The position numbers and the translations under genes are program-made. A stretch of 64,000 nt of DNA, from contig OY761556.1 of the NCBI GenBank assembly GCA_963664705.1, positions 4,000,001 through 4,064,000 of the forward strand. The letters are read 5' to 3'. Shown piece after piece: positions 18,979-27,692 of this stretch. Under the pieces are notes generated by a model, which was not told the DNA's origin, ran no database searches, and worked only from the letters and a program-made list of their open reading frames with translations. The stretch's first letter is position 1, and every line of letters starts with the position of its first letter. The DNA comes from Acidobacteriota bacterium. GTDB lineage: Bacteria; Acidobacteriota; UBA6911.

Positions 18979-20354
18979 TGCAAAAAACAAATGATCGCAA
19001 CCAGAATGAGCGTGGAGTAGCCCTTGTCGCCACCCTGATGTTTCTGATGGCAATGGGGATCCTGTCCACGGCGCTTGTCTTTACGCTCAACAATGAGATG
19101 AAAGCCAGTTCTTCGTATAAATATGGAGAACAGGCCAATTACGTAGCCAACGCCGGCGTACAACAATCTGTCGCATGGTTCGTCAATAATTACACTCCCT
19201 GGGTTCCGGCCAGCGACTATAACACCACCTATTCTCCCGTCCGCTATGGCGGATCCGAGGTGAAGCTGGTAGGCCAGGGCAGCGCTTCGTCGGTTTATCC
19301 GAGCTCCAGCACGACTTCAAGCTTCACCACGCAGTTCCACAACAAGAGCCTACAGGCGAGTACCACCAACACAGGAGCGTATGCCCTGAATGCAACGCTT
19401 TTGAAATACAGTTCCGCCAATTTCATCAACCCGACAACGTTTATATCCTACACTTCGGCCATCGAGCGCTGGAGAATAGAGAGTGTCGGGTACTGGGGAT
19501 CGAATATTAACAATCCTCTCGGAACAGCCCAGATCACAGCTATTGTTGAGAACAGTGGGAATGCTCTGTTTGACCGAGCTCTCTGGGGAATCGATTCACT
19601 GGATCTCGGTGGAACCGTGCTGGTCGACAGCTACGATCCGAAACTGGGCCCTTATGGCGGATCCAATATAGGGAATAAGGGATCGGTTGGCTCCAATGGA
19701 TCGGTTTCAATCAACGGTACCGGAGTCGAGGTCAAGGGTGACGTCGCTTACGGTCCGACCGGAGCCTATACCTACTCCGGCAGCCCAACGGTCACCGGAA
19801 GCATCATCCATCTGCCTGAACCTCGCTATTTCCCCCCGATCCCGACTTTCACCCCGGGCGCGGGAAGCGTTCTGGCAAAGAATGGCACCGTTACCCTCAA
19901 CCCGGGAAGCTTCGGCACCGTCACGATCGGAGCCCATGGTGTTCTGGCACTGAATCCTGGCACATACTATTTCGATTCGATCTCAGAGGTGGCCACTGGC
20001 AGCCTTCAAATCAATGGCGATTTGAACACGACCACCACCATATTTGTGAAAACCTCCCTGGATCTGAGTGGACAGGGCGTTGTGAATCTCAATGGAGATC
20101 CGACCCGCCTGACCATCAACTATGCGGGGACTAGCGAAGCGAAAATCGCCGGGGGATCCTCGGCTTTTGTGGAATTGTATGCCCCCAGTGCGCCGCTGAA
20201 GCTGGTTGGAACAAGCAATTTCTATGGATCCTTTATTGGACAAACGGTTCAGGTTCAGGGGACACCTGAAGTTCATTTTGACGAAGGATGTCTTGAAAAG
20301 AACCTCCTCCAGAGACAATTCCGCATGATCAGCTGGTCCAAGAACTCCCTCTAG
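18975..20354 (+). CDS. PilX-like pilin with large Gly/Ser/Thr-rich C-terminal beta domain
   Basis: NERG|VALVATLMFL lacking Glu5 (PilX/GspK hallmark); ANYVANAG; C-terminal repetitive beta-rich domain; ATGA overlap with the PilW-like gene. Confidence 0.8.
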   Translation: MMQKTNDRNQNERGVALVATLMFLMAMGILSTALVFTLNNEMKASSSYKYGEQANYVANAGVQQSVAWFVNNYTPWVPASDYNTTYSPVRYGGSEVKLVGQGSASSVYPSSSTTSSFTTQFHNKSLQASTTNTGAYALNATLLKYSSANFINPTTFISYTSAIERWRIESVGYWGSNINNPLGTAQITAIVENSGNALFDRALWGIDSLDLGGTVLVDSYDPKLGPYGGSNIGNKGSVGSNGSVSINGTGVEVKGDVAYGPTGAYTYSGSPTVTGSIIHLPEPRYFPPIPTFTPGAGSVLAKNGTVTLNPGSFGTVTIGAHGVLALNPGTYYFDSISEVATGSLQINGDLNTTTTIFVKTSLDLSGQGVVNLNGDPTRLTINYAGTSEAKIAGGSSAFVELYAPSAPLKLVGTSNFYGSFIGQTVQVQGTPEVHFDEGCLEKNLLQRQFRMISWSKNSL

Positions 20355-20361
20355 ATTTATT

Positions 20362-20405
20362 GCCGCTGATGGGTATGGAGCATTGCACCTGTCAGCGGCT
20401 TTTTT
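20362..20405 (+). terminator. Rho-independent terminator after pilin cluster
   Basis: GCCGCTGA...TCAGCGGC followed by TTTTTT. Confidence 0.75.
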
Positions 20406-20555
20406 ATTTCCACACGACATCTCATATCTTTGTTGAGCCGAAGAACACATCGGTCTATAAAAGACTATACATAACCTGAAGGAATTGAATGCCGGGCAAG
20501 CCTTGCGCCTTCGAATTGGCTGCTGGATGGTTCTGCGATCAAGAGGTGTTTTGGA

Positions 20556-22547
20556 ATGAGATACGTTCTTTCGGCCTTGGGGCTGTGCATGCTCCTGGGC
20601 ACGACGCTGAAATCCGTAGATGATCGTGCGACTCTTTCCGGTCTTCAGCAGCGGATCACCCAACTCCAGGTTGCACTGGAACGGGCAGAGGCAGTCAGGT
20701 CCGTCAAACGCCTTCAGCAGGCCTACGGCCATTATGCGGAATACGGATTGTGGAACGATCTTGCGGACCTGTTTGCGGAAAAAGAGATTGGCTATTTCCT
20801 GCCCGGCAATATCACTCGAGAGGGTATCCGGAAGCATTACCTTCATGACATCGGCAAGGGCAAACTCGGTCTCCCCGAGGGAATGGTTTATCCACACATC
20901 ATCCTCCAGCCTGTGATAACACTGGAGCCCGATGGAAAGACCGCAAAAGGTCGATGGCGTGTCTTTTCGATGCTGGGCGTCTATGGCGAAACTGCTATTT
21001 GGGCCGGCGGGATCTACGAAAATGAATACGTGCTCGAGAATGGAACCTGGAAAATCAAGGACCTGTATTACTACTCTCAGTATAGCGGCCGCTATGATCA
21101 ACCGGGATGGACGATTGACCAGGACTTTATCCCGATGCACTATGATCCCAAACGGGCCGGCACTCCAATCCCGGGCTCAAACGGATCCACCACCAAGGAA
21201 ACTCCACGCAGCATCGAATCAATGAGCTCAGAGCTGAATGGACTGATTGCGCGGACACAGCGACTGAACAGCCAAAGTGACGTGGAAAACCTGCAGCACA
21301 TTTATGGATATTACATCGACCGTAAAATGTGGGATGACGTTGCGGACCTCTTTGCTCCTGACGGAACGATGGAACTTGCACAGCAGGGAGTATATGTCGG
21401 ACGAGCGAGCATCCGGCGCGCGCTGGATCAGTTCGGAACGGCTGGATTGAAGGAAGGAGAGCTGAACGATCACCTGCAGCTTCAAACCATCGTCGATGTC
21501 GCACCCGACGGCATGACCGCAAAAGCTCGTGGAACCGAATTGATCATGTCGGGCAAACACGGAACAAACGGCGAATGGGGAGAAGGTGTCTTTGAAAACA
21601 CCTACGCCCGGCAAAACGGCGTATGGCGGATTAAGTCGATGCATGTATACGAGCGCTTCGCCGCCGATTATGACAAAGGCTGGGCACGGGATGCGAAGCC
21701 GGCCGCGGGTGCCAACAAAAAATTTCCCGCCGACCGCCCTCCGACAAAAGTCTACGCAACCTATCCGCACTTTTTTATCCCTCCCTTTCACTATGACAAC
21801 CCGGTGACATTCCAGGCCCCGCAATACCCGGAGAGTCTTTCTGGGAAAAAACCAAAGAAGAAGCCCTTTGCCGCAGTGATCAGCCACGCCCCACTCGTCC
21901 ATTCAGTCGCGGAGCTTCAAAAGAAAGTAGAGGAACTGGAGCGATTACTGAAGAGAGCCATCGCTTATGATGCCTCCGAAAATATCGTGGACGCCTACGG
22001 CTATTACATTGATTCCTACATGTGGGATGAAACGGCCGACCTGTTTGCAAAGGATGGATGGAAAGAATTGTCCTATGTCGGAACGTATGTCGGTCGGGAG
22101 CGAATACGACAATCCCTCAAGCTGCGATACCCGGGCGGACATCCAAGCGGCTACTTTACGGCTCATCAGATTACGCAGCCGGTGATTCACGTTTCCGAAG
22201 ATGGGCAGAGCGCCAAGGTACGCACCCGCTTGTTTCAACTCGGCGGAGTCTCCGGTGGAAGCGGCCTGTGGCTGGGCGGGATTTATGAGAACAAGACCAT
22301 CCTTGAAGACGGCATCTGGAAAATTGCGGCCATGGATCTGGATTATGTATTCACGGCGCAGGCAAGGGGCGGATGGGCGCGCGCGGCAGGCTCCATCGAC
22401 CCGCCAAAGACATCAATCGGTTCATCTTTCCCGCCTGATCGGCCATTGCGCGGAGTCGTGTTTCCTCCCTTCCCGAAAATTGTGGATCTCCCGTTTCATT
22501 ATCTAAACCCTGCCTCGGGGCGCAGACCGCCGCTGCTTCTTCCATGA
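20556..22547 (+). CDS. Secreted protein with three tandem SnoaL/NTF2-like domains
   Basis: Signal peptide; three repeats: LQQAYGHYAEYGLWNDLADLF, LQHIYGYYIDRKMWDDVADLF, IVDAYGYYIDSYMWDETADLF, each ending in YEN...GxW(K/R)I. Confidence 0.85.
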   Translation: MRYVLSALGLCMLLGTTLKSVDDRATLSGLQQRITQLQVALERAEAVRSVKRLQQAYGHYAEYGLWNDLADLFAEKEIGYFLPGNITREGIRKHYLHDIGKGKLGLPEGMVYPHIILQPVITLEPDGKTAKGRWRVFSMLGVYGETAIWAGGIYENEYVLENGTWKIKDLYYYSQYSGRYDQPGWTIDQDFIPMHYDPKRAGTPIPGSNGSTTKETPRSIESMSSELNGLIARTQRLNSQSDVENLQHIYGYYIDRKMWDDVADLFAPDGTMELAQQGVYVGRASIRRALDQFGTAGLKEGELNDHLQLQTIVDVAPDGMTAKARGTELIMSGKHGTNGEWGEGVFENTYARQNGVWRIKSMHVYERFAADYDKGWARDAKPAAGANKKFPADRPPTKVYATYPHFFIPPFHYDNPVTFQAPQYPESLSGKKPKKKPFAAVISHAPLVHSVAELQKKVEELERLLKRAIAYDASENIVDAYGYYIDSYMWDETADLFAKDGWKELSYVGTYVGRERIRQSLKLRYPGGHPSGYFTAHQITQPVIHVSEDGQSAKVRTRLFQLGGVSGGSGLWLGGIYENKTILEDGIWKIAAMDLDYVFTAQARGGWARAAGSIDPPKTSIGSSFPPDRPLRGVVFPPFPKIVDLPFHYLNPASGRRPPLLLP

Positions 22548-22548
22548 T

Positions 22549-22603
22549 GATTCCAGATTCCAGATTCCAGATTTCCGATTCGAGAAATCCGGAATCTGGA
22601 ATC
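22549..22603. repeat. Heptamer (TTCCAGA) tandem/inverted repeat between convergent genes
   Basis: GA(TTCCAGA)3 TTTCCGA TTCGAGA AATCCGG AATCTGG AATC; ends are complementary (GATTCCAGATTCC / GGAATCTGGAATC). Confidence 0.75.
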
Positions 22604-24560
22604 ATTCCGGCGGCTTAATTCCGCGAATCTTGGCGCTGTGATCTCTGCCCAGAAAGTAATTGATCCAGGACGAGGTCTGATGCAATTCCCAATTGCAGGG
22701 CGGCACAAGATATTTCCCGATCTCGTCTTCCCGGTTTTGCGCCTTTAGCCTTTCATAGGCTTTCACCCAGATGCAGCGCTTTTCCCCCGGGTATACCTCA
22801 CACCATCCCTGATAGCTGCCGCCGCAGGGAGCATTGCGCTGATCCTTGGGGCACTGCGAAACCGGACAGAGATAGGCGACATCGAACAAAGCACAATCAC
22901 CGCAGTCCTTACAGGTATAGAGCGTGCTCTTGCTCCAGCGTTCGAACCAGTGGAAGATCCGGCAGAAGGTCGGCGATGCAGAAATAACCTTCATCAGCCG
23001 TTGCATCGGTTTAAACAGGAGGCTCCTGGGATCGAAAAGCAGGGCATGCATCAATCGCGACAAGAGGTAAATCGGAGGCTGATTAGGCGGTTGTGTCCTG
23101 CGGGCAGTCACCGCGGTGCTCAAACCCGTGGACGCTTCCTGCTCATAATAATAGAAACCGCCCTTCTGCGGAAAATCGAACTCACGCACAAGGTCCAACC
23201 AGTTGGGCGCAAGCTCGCTGCCCTTGGATACGATGTATTCCACACTCTCGAAAGGCAGACCCTGGCCGCTGACATAGGCGCCCTTGTAGCCAAGGCCTTT
23301 CGCAATGGCATACATCTTTGCGGCGCGATCCAGCCGGGCTTGCTTACCTTTATCCTTGCTTTCAGCCTCCGCGGCAATCTGACTCAGGAGTTTGTCGGTC
23401 ACGACACATCCGGGAATATTGTTGTCCCGCATCGTCTTCGCGACCGGATAAGAAAGCACATAAATCCCTGCCAGGGCGGGAATCGGTCGATTCCTGGTCC
23501 CCAACCACTGCGTCAACTCCTGAAGCTTGCGGGCATCGTACCCGACCTGGGTAATAACAAAATCCGCTCCGGCCGCAATTTTCTTTTCCAGTTTATAGAA
23601 CTGGCACATGACTTCCGCTTCCAACTGTTTGAAGGGCGAGAAGGCGGCGCCCGCAAAGAAACTGGTCGGCGCAAGCCGGATCGGTTTTCGCAGAATATCT
23701 CTTTCCAATCCCTGGTTCATTTCTGAAACCAGCCTCAGGCCATTGACCGAGTCGAGATCGAAGACCGGTTTAGATCTCCCCTTGAACCCAAGATTGGAGG
23801 GGTAATCTCCCGTCAGGATCAGCACATTGTGAATATCGAGAGCCGCCAACTGAAACAGAAGGCTTTCGGCCTGATTTCTGCTTCTGTCCCGAAATGCAAT
23901 ATGAACGAGAGGGTCGATACCGGACTTCTTGATCTCGGCGCACAGGATATCGGTGGCAATCGCGGGATTGCCGCCGGGATTGTCGGTGATGCTCATGGCG
24001 CAAACCATTCCGCTTCGAGCCGCTCTGCGCGCATTCTCGAGCACCGACTCCTGGCGTGTTTCAAAAGCTCCCGGCCCAGGTATCTGCTCCCAGACAAGAC
24101 AGAATTTGTCTGGGTCCGTCATCGCGTTCTTGAATTGATTTTCCCGCTCCCGCAGTTTCCGAAGCAGAATCGCTTGAAGACTGGGGACCAGATCCTCCGC
24201 CGGCAGCAATGGTCCCGATGAAGCATCGATGAATGCAAGCTCGCCGGCATCCCCATTTTCATCCCTAATGGTCCAGTGGGCATTTTCGTCCGGATAAAAC
24301 TCCAGCACGAGCAGGGATGAGTGATGGGAAATCCACCCGGAACGAATCTCCGCGCGCAGCCGCTGCAAATCCGCCCTGGAGGGCATTGGGCCCAGAATGA
24401 TGATATCGGGCCGCATCTGCCTGATCTTTTCAAATCCTTCGGCGTCGTTTGCGGCGAAGGCCACCTCCGCAGACCTGGCTGCGGCTTTACGGACGATATC
24501 TTCCAATTCCGGCTGATGGCTGATGACCACAATATTTCTGGTGCGATTGGCTGTTTCCAT
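22602..24560 (-). CDS. metF: Methylenetetrahydrofolate reductase: pseudo-receiver + MetF + C-terminal Cys-rich MetV-like domain
   Basis: SITDNPGG, HIAFRDRSRN, VLILTGDYP, PVFDLDSV, KKIAAGADFVITQVGYD; C-terminal CKDCGDC..CPVSQCPK..PCGG..CEV..CIW. Confidence 0.85.
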   Translation of the reverse strand: METANRTRNIVVISHQPELEDIVRKAAARSAEVAFAANDAEGFEKIRQMRPDIIILGPMPSRADLQRLRAEIRSGWISHHSSLLVLEFYPDENAHWTIRDENGDAGELAFIDASSGPLLPAEDLVPSLQAILLRKLRERENQFKNAMTDPDKFCLVWEQIPGPGAFETRQESVLENARRAARSGMVCAMSITDNPGGNPAIATDILCAEIKKSGIDPLVHIAFRDRSRNQAESLLFQLAALDIHNVLILTGDYPSNLGFKGRSKPVFDLDSVNGLRLVSEMNQGLERDILRKPIRLAPTSFFAGAAFSPFKQLEAEVMCQFYKLEKKIAAGADFVITQVGYDARKLQELTQWLGTRNRPIPALAGIYVLSYPVAKTMRDNNIPGCVVTDKLLSQIAAEAESKDKGKQARLDRAAKMYAIAKGLGYKGAYVSGQGLPFESVEYIVSKGSELAPNWLDLVREFDFPQKGGFYYYEQEASTGLSTAVTARRTQPPNQPPIYLLSRLMHALLFDPRSLLFKPMQRLMKVISASPTFCRIFHWFERWSKSTLYTCKDCGDCALFDVAYLCPVSQCPKDQRNAPCGGSYQGWCEVYPGEKRCIWVKAYERLKAQNREDEIGKYLVPPCNWELHQTSSWINYFLGRDHSAKIRGIKPPE

Positions 24561-24703
24561 AGTGTTCCTGCAGAATATCACGAGGCAGCAAAAACGTTAA
24601 CCTGAAGTCTCAAAGATATAAAGCGAGCCTGTTGTCTTTGTGCACGCAGGCCGGTCAAAAATCCGATTATAATGGTTTTTCGTTATAAAAACGGAGAGCG
24701 AGC

Positions 24704-25501
24704 ATGGATTTCCTGAAAAGAGCCCTTGAAATCACCCTGTCCCCACTCGGAATTATGGTGCTCCTGTTCGCAATAGGAATAATTTTGAGCTGCTCGAGAA
24801 AATACCTGCGAGCAAGCCATCGATGTCTTGTCCTGGCAGGACTGCTGTTCCTGGTTTTCCTCTTTTCGCCTATTTCAGAATACCTGATTCTGCAGCTCGA
24901 AAGTGATTACCCACCCATGCTGAAGCCGCCTGCGTCCCCGCGGATTGACAGGATTGTCGTTCTGGCCGGCTATGCGGAGGAGCACAAGGGATTTCCCATC
25001 ACGACGATGGTTTCGCCACAGACTATTGCCACCATGACGGAAGGACTTCGTCTCTATAGGCTCAGTCCCGGCTCAAAACTGATCCTCTCCGGTGGTGTCC
25101 TCCGAGAAGGGGAAAGGCCGGTTGCCGCAGCAATGTCCGACTTTCTTCAGCAGATGGGAGTGACAGACCAGGACCTTATTGTTGAAGGCCGGTCCCAGAC
25201 CACCTATGAAAATCTGGTGGAAGTCAAAAAGCTGATCGGTTCCGCCCCATTTATCCTGGTCGCCCAGGCATGTGATCTCCGGCGTGCCATGGGGGTTGCG
25301 GGCAGGCTTCATATGAATGCCGTAGCCGCGCCCGCCTGCTATTGGGTTCGGCAGCACCACGCGGACCATAATGCGCAGGGAGAGATCGGGAAGTACCTCG
25401 AGGCTTTTGCACATCCATCGCTGGATAATTTTCTGCATCTTCAATGGGCTTACCACGAATACCTGGGATATGCCTGGTATCGCCTCTTGGGGCGTATCTA
25501 A
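24704..25501 (+). CDS. YdcF/ElyC (DUF218) family protein
   Basis: Two N-terminal TMs, IVVLAG, LILSGG, EGRSQTTYEN, HEYLG..WYRL. Confidence 0.88.
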   Translation: MDFLKRALEITLSPLGIMVLLFAIGIILSCSRKYLRASHRCLVLAGLLFLVFLFSPISEYLILQLESDYPPMLKPPASPRIDRIVVLAGYAEEHKGFPITTMVSPQTIATMTEGLRLYRLSPGSKLILSGGVLREGERPVAAAMSDFLQQMGVTDQDLIVEGRSQTTYENLVEVKKLIGSAPFILVAQACDLRRAMGVAGRLHMNAVAAPACYWVRQHHADHNAQGEIGKYLEAFAHPSLDNFLHLQWAYHEYLGYAWYRLLGRI

Positions 25502-25541
25502 AATCGCGGTGGGCTTGTATACTTGAAAGCGGATAAAACTT

Positions 25542-25727
25542 ATGGCGGACCCTGAAGACCTGACACGCGCGGAAGCAGCAGAAATCATGCGAAAGAAGTA
25601 TCGTTACCGCGAGCTGATCCTATCCGGACGCATGGTACTGCCTCATTCCAGGGCAGCCCAGTTGCTTGGCCCTGATTGCCTCTACCACCTGTATTCGGTC
25701 GCTAAAAAGAAAACAAAAAAACGCTAG
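25542..25727 (+). CDS. Small hypothetical protein (61 aa)
   Basis: Fills the gap between the ElyC-like and HD-GYP genes; weak RBS; no recognised motif. Confidence 0.35.
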   Translation: MADPEDLTRAEAAEIMRKKYRYRELILSGRMVLPHSRAAQLLGPDCLYHLYSVAKKKTKKR

Positions 25728-26413
25728 TTAGGCAGATCGAGGTTGCCTTCCATATGGGAGAGAGCCGGCTCAATCAAATCGGGATCGAAATGAGTCCCGG
25801 CATGGCGGATGATTTCCTCGCAGGCACAGGGGAATGTTGTCCCGCGATGGTACGGCCGGTCGTACACCATGGCGTCCACGGCATCGACCAGGGCAAATAT
25901 TCGAGCCCCCAGTGAAATTTCGGTTTCCTTCAAGCCTCGCGGATAGCCGCTTCCGTCAAATCGCTCATGATGCGAGAGGATAATGTCCGCAGCGCCCTGC
26001 AGGAACTCTATTTCTTTTACAAACTCGTACCCGTAGCGCGGATGGCGTCGCATGATCTGCCATTCGCCGGTGTTCAGCTCGGCAGGCTTCCACAGGATGC
26101 TGTCGGGGATCCGGAGTTTGCCTATGTCATGCAGTAACGCTCCAAGTTCCACCTGCTCCAGTTCTTCGCTCACAATGCCCAGGTTCCGGGCAATGTCGCG
26201 CGTCATATCCGCGACTCTTCGGGAATGTCCGCTGGTTCCCTGATCCTGGAGGTCGAGTGCCATGGCCAGCGTCTCAATGCCTGCACCGTTCACTTCGCTC
26301 AGATCCTCCAATGCTTCGTTGAGAGCCCGGGCTCTTTCCTCAACCTGCATTTCCAGATGTAGCTTATACGCTGCATTTTCGAGGACTAATCGGCGATTCA
26401 CTGTTCTTGTCAA
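25724..26413 (-). CDS. HD-GYP domain c-di-GMP phosphodiesterase, possibly N-terminally truncated
   Basis: TSGHSRRV, LLHDIGK, HHERFDGSGYPRGL, DAVDAM..DRPY, GTHFDP; TTG start uncertain. Confidence 0.85.
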   Translation of the reverse strand: MTRTVNRRLVLENAAYKLHLEMQVEERARALNEALEDLSEVNGAGIETLAMALDLQDQGTSGHSRRVADMTRDIARNLGIVSEELEQVELGALLHDIGKLRIPDSILWKPAELNTGEWQIMRRHPRYGYEFVKEIEFLQGAADIILSHHERFDGSGYPRGLKETEISLGARIFALVDAVDAMVYDRPYHRGTTFPCACEEIIRHAGTHFDPDLIEPALSHMEGNLDLPN

Positions 26414-26626
26414 GGCAATATCCGTATCAGTAATTCAAAGGGCTCTGCAAACAATCCCACGGCCCCCCTGGCCATACTAAACGAATCCAGTAAAACCAGG
26501 GCAATGATTCCTGTTCCTAAGTAAAGCAAATGAAGGAAATAGTCAATTGAATATTGCACCCGGACAACCAAGGCCCTGATTTCGATTCCTGATTACGGGC
26601 AATCTGGAATTTGGTATAAAGTTACT

Positions 26627-27532
26627 ATGCTCAATCGATATGATTTTTGCCGTGATCTGCTCGACAATCTCACCGACGGAATCTATTTCACAGACATGGA
26701 AGGACGGATCGTCTACTGGAACAAGGGAGCGGAGCAGTTGTCCGGATTCGATGGATCGGAGGTGCTGGGGAAGCGTTGCGGCGATCATGTCCTGATGCAC
26801 ATAGATGCTGCCGGAGGTTCCTTGTGCCACGATGGCTGTCCCTTGCGGCTCGCCGCCCTGAATAGTGATGTGCACGAAGCCGATGTATTTCTTCTTCACA
26901 AAACCGGAGCACGCATCCCTGTCCATGTACGGACGTTCCCGCTGAAAGATCCTTCCGGAAAAATAACCGGCACAGTGGAGGTCTTTCGAGATAGCACGAG
27001 CCACGCACGGATGGCGGAACGACTGGCAAAAATGGAAGAGCTTGCCCTGCTGGATCCACTGACCAGTCTTCCAAACAGGCGCTATCTTCAAACCCAGATC
27101 TATGCCCACCTCGAGGAATTCCGCCGGGCGCAATGGACCTTCGGCATTCTGTTCATGGACATCGATGACTTCAAGCCGATCAATGACAAACATGGACATG
27201 AGGTTGGGGACCGCGTCCTCAGAATGGTTGCGAAAACGCTTGATGCCAATTCCAGGTTTTTCGACACCGTGGGCCGTTGGGGAGGAGAGGAATTTGTGGC
27301 AATTATTCACAACATCCAGGCCAATGCGCTCCAAGACATTGCGGAACGATTCTGTATTCTCGTGGAGCAATCGGAATTGGATGCCTTGAAGGTTACCATA
27401 TCGATCGGCGGCACACTCGCCCGCCCCGGAGATGATACCGAGTCCGTGATAAACCGCGCCGACTCCAATCTGTACAAAGCCAAAAAGGCAGGCAAAAACC
27501 GCGTCTACATTGAACCGCTGCCTTCAGCCTGA
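26627..27532 (+). CDS. PAS-GGDEF diguanylate cyclase
   Basis: PAS (DGIYFTD..WNKGAEQLSG), DPLTSLPNRR, DIDDFKPIND..GH..GD, RxxD I-site (RFFD), GGEEF. Confidence 0.93.
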   Translation: MLNRYDFCRDLLDNLTDGIYFTDMEGRIVYWNKGAEQLSGFDGSEVLGKRCGDHVLMHIDAAGGSLCHDGCPLRLAALNSDVHEADVFLLHKTGARIPVHVRTFPLKDPSGKITGTVEVFRDSTSHARMAERLAKMEELALLDPLTSLPNRRYLQTQIYAHLEEFRRAQWTFGILFMDIDDFKPINDKHGHEVGDRVLRMVAKTLDANSRFFDTVGRWGGEEFVAIIHNIQANALQDIAERFCILVEQSELDALKVTISIGGTLARPGDDTESVINRADSNLYKAKKAGKNRVYIEPLPSA

Positions 27533-27664
27533 CATCTATACTCATACCCTGGGAGCTTTGGGCTTCGGACCAAATACGATAACCTGTTGGATGAACGGCA
27601 CACCTGTGACCAGTCCGCACAGGCACAGAAAAATTATCTCGAATAATATGAACAACTTAACAAC

Positions 27665-27680
27665 TGGCATGGCTCGTGCA
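27665..27680 (+). promoter_or_regulatory. Putative sigma54 (-24/-12) promoter
   Basis: TGGCATGGCTCGTGCA has canonical GG-N10-GC spacing; upstream TGT-N11/12-ACA motifs near 27584-27620; the operon encodes a GAFTGA activator. Confidence 0.6.
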
Positions 27681-27692
27681 ATCTCGGGAGGC

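Noticed and set aside
22549-22603. CRISPR array
   Set aside because: Heptamer microsatellite-like units without spacers; no cas genes in the window.
27510-27692. Longer N-terminus for the Omp85-like ORF
   Set aside because: ATG 27693 has a GGAGG motif upstream and begins a signal peptide; the upstream region holds promoter-like elements.
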